Assembly: GCA_030694965.1 (NCBI GenBank) | Contig: JAUYTZ010000018.1 | Coordinates: 81,559 to 145,558, forward strand | DNA length: 64,000 nt | Source of the DNA: Candidatus Paracaedibacteraceae bacterium | Lineage (GTDB): Bacteria > Pseudomonadota > Alphaproteobacteria > Paracaedibacterales > CAIOTO01 | Direction: 5' to 3' | In this document: in pieces, positions 42,561 to 51,651 of the stretch | How the letters are laid out: each line of letters begins with the position of its first letter | How positions within the stretch are numbered: the stretch's first letter is position 1 | Notes under the pieces: model-generated | Databases searched by the model: none | What the model saw: the letters and a program-made list of their open reading frames with translations, nothing else | Told to the model about the DNA's origin: nothing | Made by a program: the position numbers and the translations under genes

Positions 42561-43787
42561 CTAGTTGATTTTACTTTGAAGTTTCAATAACTCACCAATT
42601 AAAAATAAAGAACCTGTAGCAATCATAGGACATTGCGTTTTTTCTATTATATTAAGGAATTCCTGCATTGAAGAAATGGCGACTACATTAACTCCTAAAT
42701 CATTAGATATATGCTTTAATTCCTTTGGTGACACAGCATTTCCACCTGGAATAGAAGCATCAATAAAATAAAACATTTTTGCTATTGCGGCAAAGTGAGT
42801 CAAAAGTGCTTTTGCATCTTTTCGTTGTTTAATATGAACAAAAAAGATCCATAAGGACGGATCAATTCGCTGAAGGCTTTGTGTCAGTGCTTTTGCTGCT
42901 GCTTCATTGTGTGCACCGTCAATCCACACGTGTTTGTTTTTTAATGTAATTTTTTGCAACCTGCCTGGCCATGTTGTTTTCTTAAGTGAGTTTTCAGTAT
43001 TAATACATTTAATATCTGCGGTTTTAAGCATTTGTACGGCGATTTCTGCGTTTGATTGTTGATGAGTGCCTTTAAGACCTAATTCATGTTCTGGAAGTGA
43101 TTTCGCTATTGTAATAGGCGCGTTTTTTGTGTCTGCGATTGACTTTATGACAGTGTGTGCCGATTTTTGCAGATTAGAGGGCAGTACAAGGGGGACGCCA
43201 TGCTTTATAATTCCTGCCTTTTCTGCGGCAATTGCTTCAACAGTTGTGCCAAGGTCCTGTTGGTGGTCAAGGCTAATAGACGTGATTGCTGTAACTAAAG
43301 GACGCAAAATGAGATTCGTTGCATCCAAGCGTCCACCCATGCCAACTTCCAGTAATGTAAAATCTGCAGGATGGCGCGCAAATAATGTGAATGCAAGGCA
43401 GGTAATGATTTCAAATGTGGTAAGTGGAGCATTTGCATTAATATCTAAAATTTCAGTAAGCGTCGTTACTAAAATTTTATTTTTTGCTGGGAGACCATTC
43501 AATTCAATACGTTCGTTGAAATGAACGAGGTGAGGCGACGTATAACGATGAACCGAATAACCATTGTCCTCGAGCATTTGCTTTAGAAATGCAAGCGTTG
43601 ATCCTTTGCCATTTGTACCTGCCACATGAAAAACAGGTGGCATATGCAGGTGAGGATTGCCTAGTTTTTCTAATAGCTCAAAGCAACGAGTAAGTCCCTT
43701 AGAAATGCCTTGGTAGCGCAATAGCTCTACTTGATTAAGTAGGTCGTGTAAGTAAGCCATGCGCAGACGTTCTGTTAGGCATAACAT
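42561..43787 (-). CDS. folC: folylpolyglutamate synthase / dihydrofolate synthase
   Basis: 408 aa. P-loop HVAGTNGKGST and a Mur-ligase-type fold. Overlaps the accD 3' end, so the start could be the downstream in-frame ATG at 43760. Confidence 0.9.
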   Translation of the reverse strand: MLCLTERLRMAYLHDLLNQVELLRYQGISKGLTRCFELLEKLGNPHLHMPPVFHVAGTNGKGSTLAFLKQMLEDNGYSVHRYTSPHLVHFNERIELNGLPAKNKILVTTLTEILDINANAPLTTFEIITCLAFTLFARHPADFTLLEVGMGGRLDATNLILRPLVTAITSISLDHQQDLGTTVEAIAAEKAGIIKHGVPLVLPSNLQKSAHTVIKSIADTKNAPITIAKSLPEHELGLKGTHQQSNAEIAVQMLKTADIKCINTENSLKKTTWPGRLQKITLKNKHVWIDGAHNEAAAKALTQSLQRIDPSLWIFFVHIKQRKDAKALLTHFAAIAKMFYFIDASIPGGNAVSPKELKHISNDLGVNVVAISSMQEFLNIIEKTQCPMIATGSLFLIGELLKLQSKIN

Positions 43788-44619
43788 GTGTTAAAAGCTG
43801 ACTTATTTTTTGCTTCATTTCAGAGCGATGTATAACCATATCAACCATACCGTGATCAAGTAAGTACTCAGCCTTTTGGAAGCCTTCTGGTAGCTTTTGA
43901 CGAATTGTTTCTTCAATTACGCGTGCGCCAGCAAAACCAATCAAGCAGCCCGGCTCGGCAATTGAAACATCACCTAGCATCGCAAAAGAAGCTGTCACAC
44001 CCCCAGTGGTTGGATCTGTAAGCAATGTGATATACGGAAGGCCTGCTTCCTTAACACGTTGCACAGCAATAATTGTACGTGGCATTTGCATTAATGATAA
44101 AATACCTTCTTGCATACGTGCACCGCCTGATGCAGAAATAGCAATAAGTGGTGATCGAGTTTTGACGGCGTATTCAGAGGCAGTTACGAGTGCTTCGCCT
44201 GCAGCCATTCCCATGGAGCCGCCCATGAAGTTAAAATCAAAAGCTGCAATAACTGTTGGGATGCGGCTAATTTGCCCATAAGCAACTAAGACAGAATCGT
44301 TACGATTTGTTTTGCTACGGTATTCTTTTAAGCGATCGCTATAACGTTTGGAATCTTTAAATTTGAGTGGATCTGCTACGACTTTAGGTACTTCGATCAG
44401 TGTATAGTTTTGTTCATCATAAAGAGACTCTAAACGATTAATAACATCGATACGCATGTGATGGTGACAGTAGTGACAGACGTGTAAGTTTTCTTGCAAG
44501 TCTCGATGAAATAACATGTGTTCACAGCTGGGGCATTTTGTCCACAAATTGCCTGGAATATCATTACGATGAATGAGTGATTCAATTTTAGGTTTTACAA
44601 AGTTTGTTAGCCAATTCAT
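43735..44619 (-). CDS. accD: acetyl-CoA carboxylase carboxyltransferase beta subunit
   Basis: Start at MNWLTNFVKPKI (ATG 44619). Zn ribbon CPSCEHML...CHYCHHH, then the carboxyltransferase domain. Confidence 0.93.
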   Translation of the reverse strand: MNWLTNFVKPKIESLIHRNDIPGNLWTKCPSCEHMLFHRDLQENLHVCHYCHHHMRIDVINRLESLYDEQNYTLIEVPKVVADPLKFKDSKRYSDRLKEYRSKTNRNDSVLVAYGQISRIPTVIAAFDFNFMGGSMGMAAGEALVTASEYAVKTRSPLIAISASGGARMQEGILSLMQMPRTIIAVQRVKEAGLPYITLLTDPTTGGVTASFAMLGDVSIAEPGCLIGFAGARVIEETIRQKLPEGFQKAEYLLDHGMVDMVIHRSEMKQKISQLLTHVMPNRTSAHGLLTRPT

Positions 44620-44770
44620 GCATTCTTCTCGTTTTTGAAAGATAGTATTTTTTGTTTTCTTTAATTTAGGCGCTATGTAAATAATTTTGTCCAAATGAAC
44701 GTAACTAATGCACATTAAAGAGAACATACATATTATTATCTGATTTATACATCAAATAGGGGGTGTCTGG

Positions 44771-44801
44771 CAAAAGAAAAAGGGGCAACGTATGTCGCCC
44801 C
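44771..44801 (-). terminator. rho-independent terminator of rpsA
   Basis: GC-rich hairpin ggggcaac / gtcgcccc (44782-44801). On the minus strand it is followed by tttttcttttg. Confidence 0.8.
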
Positions 44802-44826
44802 TTTTGTTTTTGAGATAGCTCACAGC

Positions 44827-46521
44827 TTATGATGCTGACTTTTTCTTCATAGCAGCACCAAGGATATCACCAAGGCTTGCTCCGCTATCAGAGGAACCAT
44901 AATCAGCAAGAACTTGCTTTTCTTCATCCATTTCACGTGCTTTGATTGATAAGTTGACGCGGCGTGTTGTCTTATCAACAGACAATACTTTTGCATCTAC
45001 TTTTTCGCCAAGTGCAAAACGATCTGGACGTTGTAAATCACGATCACGTGATAAATCGATTTTTTTGATTGTTCCGATAGAACCGCCTTCGATTTCAACA
45101 TCGATACCTTTGTCAGTAATTGCGCTAACGGTACCAGTTACAACAGAACCTTTTTTGAATGTTGCAATTGCTGATTCAATTGGATCATTAGTTAATTGCT
45201 TAACACCAAGGCTGATGCGTTCTTTTTCATGATCAACGTCAAGAACTTTTACTTGAATTGTTGCATTTTTAGCATATTCTTTTACAGCTTCTTCGCCAGA
45301 CTTTTCCCATGACAAATCAGATAAGTGAATCATACCATCAAGCGCATCATTAACACCCACAAACAAACCGAATTCAGTAATGTTTTTGATTGTTCCCTCA
45401 AGCACGCTTCCAACTGGATGCATATCAAGGAATTGCTTCCATGGGTTTTCTGTACCTTGCTTTAGGCCTAAGCTGATACGACGTTTTGTTGGGTCTACTT
45501 CAAGAACAACAACGTCAACTTCTTGGTCAATTGCTACGATTTTATTTGGGTGAACGTTTTTCTTTGTCCAGCTCATTTCAGTAACATAAATAAGACCTTC
45601 GATGTTTCCTTCGAGTTCAACGAAAGCACCGTAGTCAGCAATACTTGTAATTTTACCCTTGAGGCGAGTTCCTGGAGTAAACAAATCTTCTTTGCCTTTC
45701 CATGGATCTTCTTCAAGTTGCTTCATGCCAAGGCTGATACGTTGTGTTTCTTTATTGAAACGAATAACAACAACTTTTACAGTTTCACCGAGTTTCAAGA
45801 TGTCTGCTGGGTGATTAATACGACGCCATGAAATGTCAGTAACGTGCAATAGACCATCAACGCCACCTAGATCAATAAACGCACCATAATCAGTGATATT
45901 CTTAACGATACCGTCAAGAACTTGGTTTTCTTGAAGTTGCGAAACAAGTTCAGTGCGTGCTTCAGCGCGTGATTCCTCAAGAACAGAACGACGTGATACA
46001 ACGATATTGCTACGGCTCTTGTCCATTTTAAGAATTTTGAATGGTTGCACGATATTCATCAATGGTCCGATGTCACGTACTGGGCGAACATCAACTTGGC
46101 TACCTGGTAAGAATGCAACTGCGCCGTTCAGATCAACAGCAAAACCACCTTTAACTTTACCAAAAATAACACCGTTTACAAGCGTGCCTGATTCAGATGC
46201 TTTCTCAAGTTCGATCCAAGCTGCTTCGCGGCGTGCTTTTTCAACGCTGAGAGAAGCGTCGCCGTGGCGGTCTTCGATGCGTTCAACGAATACATCAATG
46301 GTGTCGCCAACTTTAACTTCTTCACCAAGACCACGTGCATTAATTTCTTTTAATGGGACTCGACCTTCTGATTTTAGGCCAACGTCAATAATTGCAATGT
46401 CTTTTTGAATCGCAACGATATAGCCTTTTACAACTTTGCCTTCAAAAGATAGGTTGCCTGACATTGAACTTTCAAGAAGTTCTGCAAAACTTTCTTTTTT
46501 TAATAATTCGTTCTGTTCCAT
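44827..46521 (-). CDS. rpsA: 30S ribosomal protein S1
   Basis: 564 aa with six S1-domain repeats (recurrent G.V..I..FGAFV-type blocks). Confidence 0.97.
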   Translation of the reverse strand: MEQNELLKKESFAELLESSMSGNLSFEGKVVKGYIVAIQKDIAIIDVGLKSEGRVPLKEINARGLGEEVKVGDTIDVFVERIEDRHGDASLSVEKARREAAWIELEKASESGTLVNGVIFGKVKGGFAVDLNGAVAFLPGSQVDVRPVRDIGPLMNIVQPFKILKMDKSRSNIVVSRRSVLEESRAEARTELVSQLQENQVLDGIVKNITDYGAFIDLGGVDGLLHVTDISWRRINHPADILKLGETVKVVVIRFNKETQRISLGMKQLEEDPWKGKEDLFTPGTRLKGKITSIADYGAFVELEGNIEGLIYVTEMSWTKKNVHPNKIVAIDQEVDVVVLEVDPTKRRISLGLKQGTENPWKQFLDMHPVGSVLEGTIKNITEFGLFVGVNDALDGMIHLSDLSWEKSGEEAVKEYAKNATIQVKVLDVDHEKERISLGVKQLTNDPIESAIATFKKGSVVTGTVSAITDKGIDVEIEGGSIGTIKKIDLSRDRDLQRPDRFALGEKVDAKVLSVDKTTRRVNLSIKAREMDEEKQVLADYGSSDSGASLGDILGAAMKKKSAS

Positions 46522-46714
46522 GTAATTTCCTTATACTATGGCTTTTTTACGTCACGCCCGACGGGGTTAGAGGGTACAATTAAGCAGTATTATGACTGAC
46601 AAGTCTAAAGAAATCAATGAAAAAAGATCCAATTAGTTTTGATTTTGATATTCATTATTATCTGAGTATTTCTTGTTTTTTTAAGGTGTGAATAGATAAA
46701 ATCAGCGGTGTCAT

Positions 46715-46747
46715 AAATAAAAAAGACCCCTTTTAGGGGTCTTTTTG
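46715..46747. terminator. hairpin terminator downstream of the repeat-protein gene
   Basis: agacccct (46724-46731) pairs with aggggtct (46735-46742). Flanked by an A-run and a T-run, so it works in both orientations. Confidence 0.75.
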
Positions 46748-46772
46748 TGTGCTGGGTAATAATGATTAATAA

Positions 46773-47441
46773 TTACTTCGCTGCAGGAGCTGCTACTGGC
46801 ATTGCAGCCGCTGGAGTTGTTGCTGAAGCAACTGGAGCTTCAACTTTTTTGTCAGCTTTTGGAGCTTCAATTTTTGCTGCATCTTTTGGAGCTTCAATTT
46901 TTGCTGCATCTTTTGGAGCTTCAATTTTTGCTGCGTCTTTTGGAGCTTCAATTTTTGCTGCGTCTTTTGGAGCATCAACTTTTGCTGCGTCTTTTGAAGA
47001 GTCAGCTTTTGGAGCATCAACTTTTACAGCATCAACTTTTGGTGCATGTGCTTTTTTGCTTTTTTTACCAGCTTTTTTGCTGTGCTTGTGTTCTTTGCAA
47101 TCTTTGCTACATTCTTTTATTTTGATTTCGCCTGGTACATAAACGTGACTAGCATCTGCGTTGAAGGCATCAGTAAGCTTGTTGTCGCGTGAGTGTCCGC
47201 TACCTTTTTTTGATTCTTTAGCGTGCTTGTCATCTTTTTTGACAGCATCTATTTTGCCGTGGTCAGCTACTGCTGGAACTGAAGCCATTACAGGTGCAGC
47301 ACCAATTACTGGGGCTGAGGCTGTAGGCATTGGAGCCATTACAGGTGCTGGAGCTGCTGGCATTGGAGCCGCAGCTGGTGCAGCGCAATAACCAGAAGTA
47401 GTTCCAATTAGTACTAGTACAAGATTTAACATTTTTTTCAT
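46773..47441 (-). CDS. secreted Ala/Pro- and Lys-rich tandem-repeat protein (hypothetical)
   Basis: 222 aa. Signal peptide MKKMLNLVLVLIGTTSGYCA, an AP-rich segment, a basic His/Lys segment, then 9-aa repeats K(I/V)(E/D)APKDAA. Confidence 0.65.
   Translation of the reverse strand: MKKMLNLVLVLIGTTSGYCAAPAAAPMPAAPAPVMAPMPTASAPVIGAAPVMASVPAVADHGKIDAVKKDDKHAKESKKGSGHSRDNKLTDAFNADASHVYVPGEIKIKECSKDCKEHKHSKKAGKKSKKAHAPKVDAVKVDAPKADSSKDAAKVDAPKDAAKIEAPKDAAKIEAPKDAAKIEAPKDAAKIEAPKADKKVEAPVASATTPAAAMPVAAPAAK
46857..46991. repeat. 27-bp in-frame tandem repeat (about 5 copies plus degenerate flanking copies)
   Basis: Unit ttttggagcttcaatttttgctgcatc repeats head-to-tail from 46857. Degenerate copies extend to about 46827 and 47045. 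Confidence 0.9.
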
Positions 47442-47748
47442 AGCAGAATTAACTCCTTAAACAATTTAACATGGACCCCAAAGCTGGACATATACCAACT
47501 CGATCTTACTAAATTTTATACCGCAAATTATTAATATAACCTTAAAATTTTAAACATAAATCACATGTATTTATCTAGCCCTGTGACTTTTGCGTCACCA
47601 ATACCATTTTATTATTGTTTAATGTATTTTTTCTTATATTTTACTCAATATGGAATTAAATTTGATTTTTAAAATTTATTTTGTTTTTTATTTAACGTGT
47701 TAATGTTAATAAAGTAATAGGATTTTCAAGTTAGATTCTTATGGAAAA

Positions 47749-48051
47749 CTAGGTGGGGATATTTTTTATGCGATCACTGCGCTTTAAATTAGAAAATATT
47801 ATGCATGATGTTAGTGTTTGAAGTATCAATTGTCGCTCATACTGCTTCTCACTTTTACTCAACAGCCTGTTTTTGTTAATATCGAGCTTGACCCCGGTGA
47901 TCTTTATCAGTTCAAGGGCAAATATTCTATCGTCTTCAAAGCAACAATCGCTTATATGATTTTCTAAAAGTACAGATTCTTTGGCTAAGCCCAAGAATGA
48001 CAAAAAGCGGGAGGCAGTATAAATTGTCGCTAGAAGAAAAGGAAATTTCAA
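47749..48051 (-). CDS. doubtful small ORF (100 aa), possibly a gene relic
   Basis: ORF only. The segment SKSEKQYERQLILQTLTSC faintly resembles the start of a Fis-type HTH but the rest does not follow. AT-rich surroundings. Confidence 0.25.
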   Translation of the reverse strand: MKFPFLLATIYTASRFLSFLGLAKESVLLENHISDCCFEDDRIFALELIKITGVKLDINKNRLLSKSEKQYERQLILQTLTSCIIFSNLKRSDRIKNIPT

Positions 48052-48136
48052 TGAAATAAGAAAATATTAAATTGGAGTAAATGTATTTTTATCTTGTAAT
48101 AGTGTTTTAGATGCGCTATAAAAATACATCAGTTGA

Positions 48137-48213
<77 letters not shown>

Positions 48214-48238
48214 AATTTTCTTAGTAAGAACTTAGTCA

Positions 48239-48724
48239 ATGATTCCAGCTTTTAATCTTATTGCTTCTTCTTTTGGCTTAGGTAAGCTGCCTTGGTTTCC
48301 TGGCACATGGGGAACTCTTGGTGCATTTTTCATTTCTTTGTTTATTCTTCAACAAAGTTGTTTTAGTTGGTTTATTTTATCACTAGTAACAACAATTATT
48401 GGATTTTTTGCCTCTGAATTTTCTTTGAAGGCAGAATCTTATAATAATACAGATCCAAGCTGGATTGTTATTGACGAGGTGGCAGGTTATTTCTGGGCTG
48501 TTGCACTTATTTCATTTGTGCGTCCTATTGATGTTGTGCAACTTACATTAGCTTTTATTTTCTTTCGCATTTTTGATATTACAAAGCCATGGCCAATCTC
48601 TTGGGTTGATAAAGCACTTGCGCAATCTCATAAAACTGCAGCTCTTGGCATTATGCTTGATGATGTATTGGCAGGCATATTTGCCGCATTATTTACTATT
48701 TTCACATGCTACGCTTTCAAGTAA
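48239..48724 (+). CDS. pgpA: phosphatidylglycerophosphatase A
   Basis: 161 aa. GLGKLPWFPGTWGTLGA, IVIDEVAGY, FRIFDITKPWP. Confidence 0.88.
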   Translation: MIPAFNLIASSFGLGKLPWFPGTWGTLGAFFISLFILQQSCFSWFILSLVTTIIGFFASEFSLKAESYNNTDPSWIVIDEVAGYFWAVALISFVRPIDVVQLTLAFIFFRIFDITKPWPISWVDKALAQSHKTAALGIMLDDVLAGIFAALFTIFTCYAFK

Positions 48725-48832
48725 AACCTTTTGCAAAATGAGTTATAAAGTCCAAACGCACTAACCTTTGTTTGCTAATAAAATATTTTCAATCTTGACT
48801 TAATTAATTTTCTAAGAAGAGTAGGCAATATC

Positions 48833-50737
48833 TTATTTTGCTACACAAGAATTATCGCCTCTTGCGCCTTTTGACCATTTGCACATCCCGCTACCTGCAT
48901 TCTTGCAAATTGACCTTGAGGTAATGCCTTCACATTTAAACTCGCAACCTGTTGGTTCTTTCCAAATGCAATGAGATGATCGTGTTTGACAATCATAGAG
49001 TTGTTTACCTTGGCAATTCTTTTGTGCGCTCATAATAAGATCTGGGTTATTCAAATCATAAATAGGTGGCCCCATGTCTTTTTCAGCTTTAAGCGCTGCC
49101 TTTACGGTTGATTGAGCTGCTTCATTAGCAAGCGCTGCTGCGCGTGCGGCCTGTAAAAGCGGTTCAACAAGTTTTTTTGCTTTATGCGCTGCATGCGCAG
49201 ATTCTTCAAGAGGAAGAACAGCTGCATGCTGTGCTGAGTTTGCTTTAGACATAGCATGGAATGCTTTTCTTAAATCACTTGCGTGAGTTGCTGCTTTTTG
49301 TTTGTCTGTTGCCGATGAGGTTTCATCGGATTGAATAATATTGTTTGATTCCGCAGCCAGTTTTGACGCCTGTTCAAGCGATTCCATTGTCTTTTGTTCT
49401 GATTTTTCAATATCTGATAAGAGTAATTGAGCGCCAATAGCAAGATCAGCTGCTTCTTCCACCGCTTTAGCGACGGCATTTGCTGCATATATAGCTGCTG
49501 CTGCTGCCTGGCGTGCTAACTTTTCTGCCATAAGCTTGTATTCAGTTAAATTTTCTGCAACTACATTGCGTTGTATTTGCATTTGTTCTTTTAAGTTTAT
49601 AGGTAATATTACTTTCTGCGCAGTGTCTGGCTTGGTTGTTGTTGATATGTTGTCTTTTGATTTTGCTATATCACGTTGAATAATTACACTGGTATTATTA
49701 TTTGCACGAGTTGTTGATGCTTTGGTTGCAGGTGTCATAGAGAGTGTTTCTGTAGTAGGCTTGATTGGCATTGCATCGGCGTTTAATGCTTTATTTATTG
49801 ATACTTGCTGTGTGTTGGTAGTTGCTGTGGTTGGTATTGTAGTAGGTGCGGATTGAACAGACGCAAGGGCAGGAATTGGGGCAGCCGGTTTTTTTTGAAA
49901 GTTTGAAAAGAGACTAGAAGCAATATTTTGAGCACTCGATGGTAGTTGAGGTATGGAAGATGCTACAGCTAGTAAGCTCTTTGAAGCGATAGGCTCTGTT
50001 TGTGTGGCTGCTGCTGTAGTAGAAGCATTTGTTTCACTGGAAGTCTTAGAGTCTGCAGAAGAAATTGGTGCTGCTTGAGGCGCTGCTGTAGTAGAAGCAT
50101 TTGTTTCATTGGAGGTCGCAGAGTCTGCAGAAGAAATTGGTGCTGCTTGAGGCGCTGCTGTAGTAGAAGCATTTGTTTCATTGGAGGTCGCAGAGTCTGT
50201 AGAAGAAGTTGGCATTGCCTGAGGCGCTGCTATAGTAGAAGCATTTGTTTCATTGAAGGTCACAGAGTCTGCAGAAGAAGTTGGCATTGCCTGAGGCACT
50301 GCTATAGTAGAAGCATTTGTTTCATTGGAAGTCGTAGAATCTGTAGAAGAAGCTGGCACTGCCTGAGGCGCTGCTGTAGTGGAAGTGTTTGTTTCATTGA
50401 AGGTCGCTGAATCTGCAGAAGAAGTTGGTGCCGTTTGAGGAGCTGCTGTAGTAGAAGTATTTGTTTCACTGGAGGTAGCAGAATCTGTAGAGGTCCTGTT
50501 TGTTATGGTTGGGATTTCAAAATCATCTATGGGTGCTTGCGTTTTAGTAGTCTCTGTGTTTGAATCCGTGTTAGTTGTGGATGTTGTATTTGATACAGCA
50601 AAGTCATCTACAGGTGCTGGACTTGAAGATGTGGTTGCTGCTGTTTCCTCTGTTGAGTAAGAATAGCTTATGTGAAAAATGACCGCTAAAAGCACATAAA
50701 GAATTTTGTTTTTATTTATAATTTTCATCACATTCAC
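48833..50737 (-). CDS. secreted mucin-like Ser/Thr-rich repeat protein with Ala-rich helical region and C-terminal 8-Cys module
   Basis: 634 aa. Signal/anchor KILYVLLAVIFHISYS, about 7 copies of the 24-aa repeat APQAxPxSSxDSxTxNETNASTxA, an Ala-rich helical middle, and 8 Cys in the last ~60 aa including an RGD. Confidence 0.7.
   Translation of the reverse strand: MNVMKIINKNKILYVLLAVIFHISYSYSTEETAATTSSSPAPVDDFAVSNTTSTTNTDSNTETTKTQAPIDDFEIPTITNRTSTDSATSSETNTSTTAAPQTAPTSSADSATFNETNTSTTAAPQAVPASSTDSTTSNETNASTIAVPQAMPTSSADSVTFNETNASTIAAPQAMPTSSTDSATSNETNASTTAAPQAAPISSADSATSNETNASTTAAPQAAPISSADSKTSSETNASTTAAATQTEPIASKSLLAVASSIPQLPSSAQNIASSLFSNFQKKPAAPIPALASVQSAPTTIPTTATTNTQQVSINKALNADAMPIKPTTETLSMTPATKASTTRANNNTSVIIQRDIAKSKDNISTTTKPDTAQKVILPINLKEQMQIQRNVVAENLTEYKLMAEKLARQAAAAAIYAANAVAKAVEEAADLAIGAQLLLSDIEKSEQKTMESLEQASKLAAESNNIIQSDETSSATDKQKAATHASDLRKAFHAMSKANSAQHAAVLPLEESAHAAHKAKKLVEPLLQAARAAALANEAAQSTVKAALKAEKDMGPPIYDLNNPDLIMSAQKNCQGKQLYDCQTRSSHCIWKEPTGCEFKCEGITSRSICKNAGSGMCKWSKGARGDNSCVAK
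50009..50494. repeat. 72-bp in-frame tandem repeat (about 7 copies)
   Basis: gagtctgcag recurs at 50049 and 50121, and as gagtctgtag at 50193 (period 72). Adjacent central copies are nearly identical. Confidence 0.9.
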
Positions 50738-50955
50738 ATAAAGATACGTAGTTACTCACCATTAAATGTAGCAATGTATTGGTTAACGTATAGTTAAAAG
50801 CTCTAAAAAACAATATTTTTCATTATCATTTAATATATATTCAAGCTATTATTTGCGATGAGATTGTATTTATCTGTGACACCAGGTTCTAGGTACACGC
50901 CTCTTTTTATTTAAAATTTTCAATAATCAGCGGAGCTGGCCGCTTAAGGATCTGC

Positions 50956-51642
50956 CTACTTTATTGACCAGCGAGATCCAGCTATTGTCGTAATGAAATC
51001 TTTGTGTAATTGGTCTTCTTCAACTGAAATGCAGAAGGTACGTTTGGCAAAGTTGACTTGTGTTTGAGGCGTATAGATTGGCTCAATCAATTGTTCAATT
51101 TCAAATCCAAGAGAACGTTGACGCCCACCAAGCAACTCGATGTACACATAATAGAGAAGTTCAGCGTCAAGAAGTGCGCCATGTTTATCACGTTTAGATA
51201 AGTCAATTTCAAACCGTTTACAAAGCGCATCTAAGCTAGCAGGTGAACCCGGAAACTTTTTGCGTGCCATCAATAGTGTGTCAAGTGCTCGCGTTTTTGG
51301 CAAAAAAGGTTTGCTTGCCCAGCCAAGTTCTGCATTCAAAAAAGTCATGTCAAAGCTTGCATTGTGAATCACAAGTTGATCGTCGCCAATAAAGTCTAAA
51401 AACGCGTCAACAATTTGATTAAAGACAGGAAATGGTTTTAAAAATTCTGTTGTTAGTCCTGTTATTTCAGTAGCTTTCGCAGGAACATCGCGTTGCGGGT
51501 TTATGTATTGGTGATATGTTTTTCCTGTGGCTTTTTTGTTAATTAATTCAATGCAACCAATTTCAGTAATACGATGGCCTTGATCTGGTGAAAGTCCTGT
51601 TGTTTCAGTGTCAAGTATGATTTCGCGCATTGCGTTCTCCAA
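50956..51642 (-). CDS. dnaQ: DNA polymerase III epsilon subunit (3'-5' exonuclease)
   Basis: 228 aa. ExoI ILDTETTGL, ExoII HNASFDMTFL, ExoIII HGALLDAELL. Confidence 0.93.
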   Translation of the reverse strand: MENAMREIILDTETTGLSPDQGHRITEIGCIELINKKATGKTYHQYINPQRDVPAKATEITGLTTEFLKPFPVFNQIVDAFLDFIGDDQLVIHNASFDMTFLNAELGWASKPFLPKTRALDTLLMARKKFPGSPASLDALCKRFEIDLSKRDKHGALLDAELLYYVYIELLGGRQRSLGFEIEQLIEPIYTPQTQVNFAKRTFCISVEEDQLHKDFITTIAGSRWSIK

Positions 51643-51651
51643 CTAATAGCG

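Noticed and set aside
44620-44727. N-terminal extensions offered by the ORF track: accD 44620-44727, dapB 36002-36061, lysC 38403-38492, topA 13615-13668, tssB 18804-18833, helicase 58440-58460
   Set aside because: The conserved protein N-termini begin at internal starts. Two of these have much better SD sequences (topA, tssB) and one removes an overlap with the upstream gene (lysC). The extensions have no homology-like content.
46747-47391. Alternative-frame and antisense ORFs (46747..47142 +, 46793..47020 -, 46802..47125 +, 47161..47391 +) over the KDAAK repeat gene
   Set aside because: These are repeat-composition artefacts. The chosen minus-strand frame is the only one with a signal peptide, a plausible start and a downstream terminator.
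49969-50410. ORFs 50000..50410 (+, Cys/Arg-rich) and 49969..50181 (-) inside the mucin-like repeat array
   Set aside because: These antisense or alternate frames are kept open by the 72-bp periodicity. They have no start context and are fully nested in the 634-aa gene.
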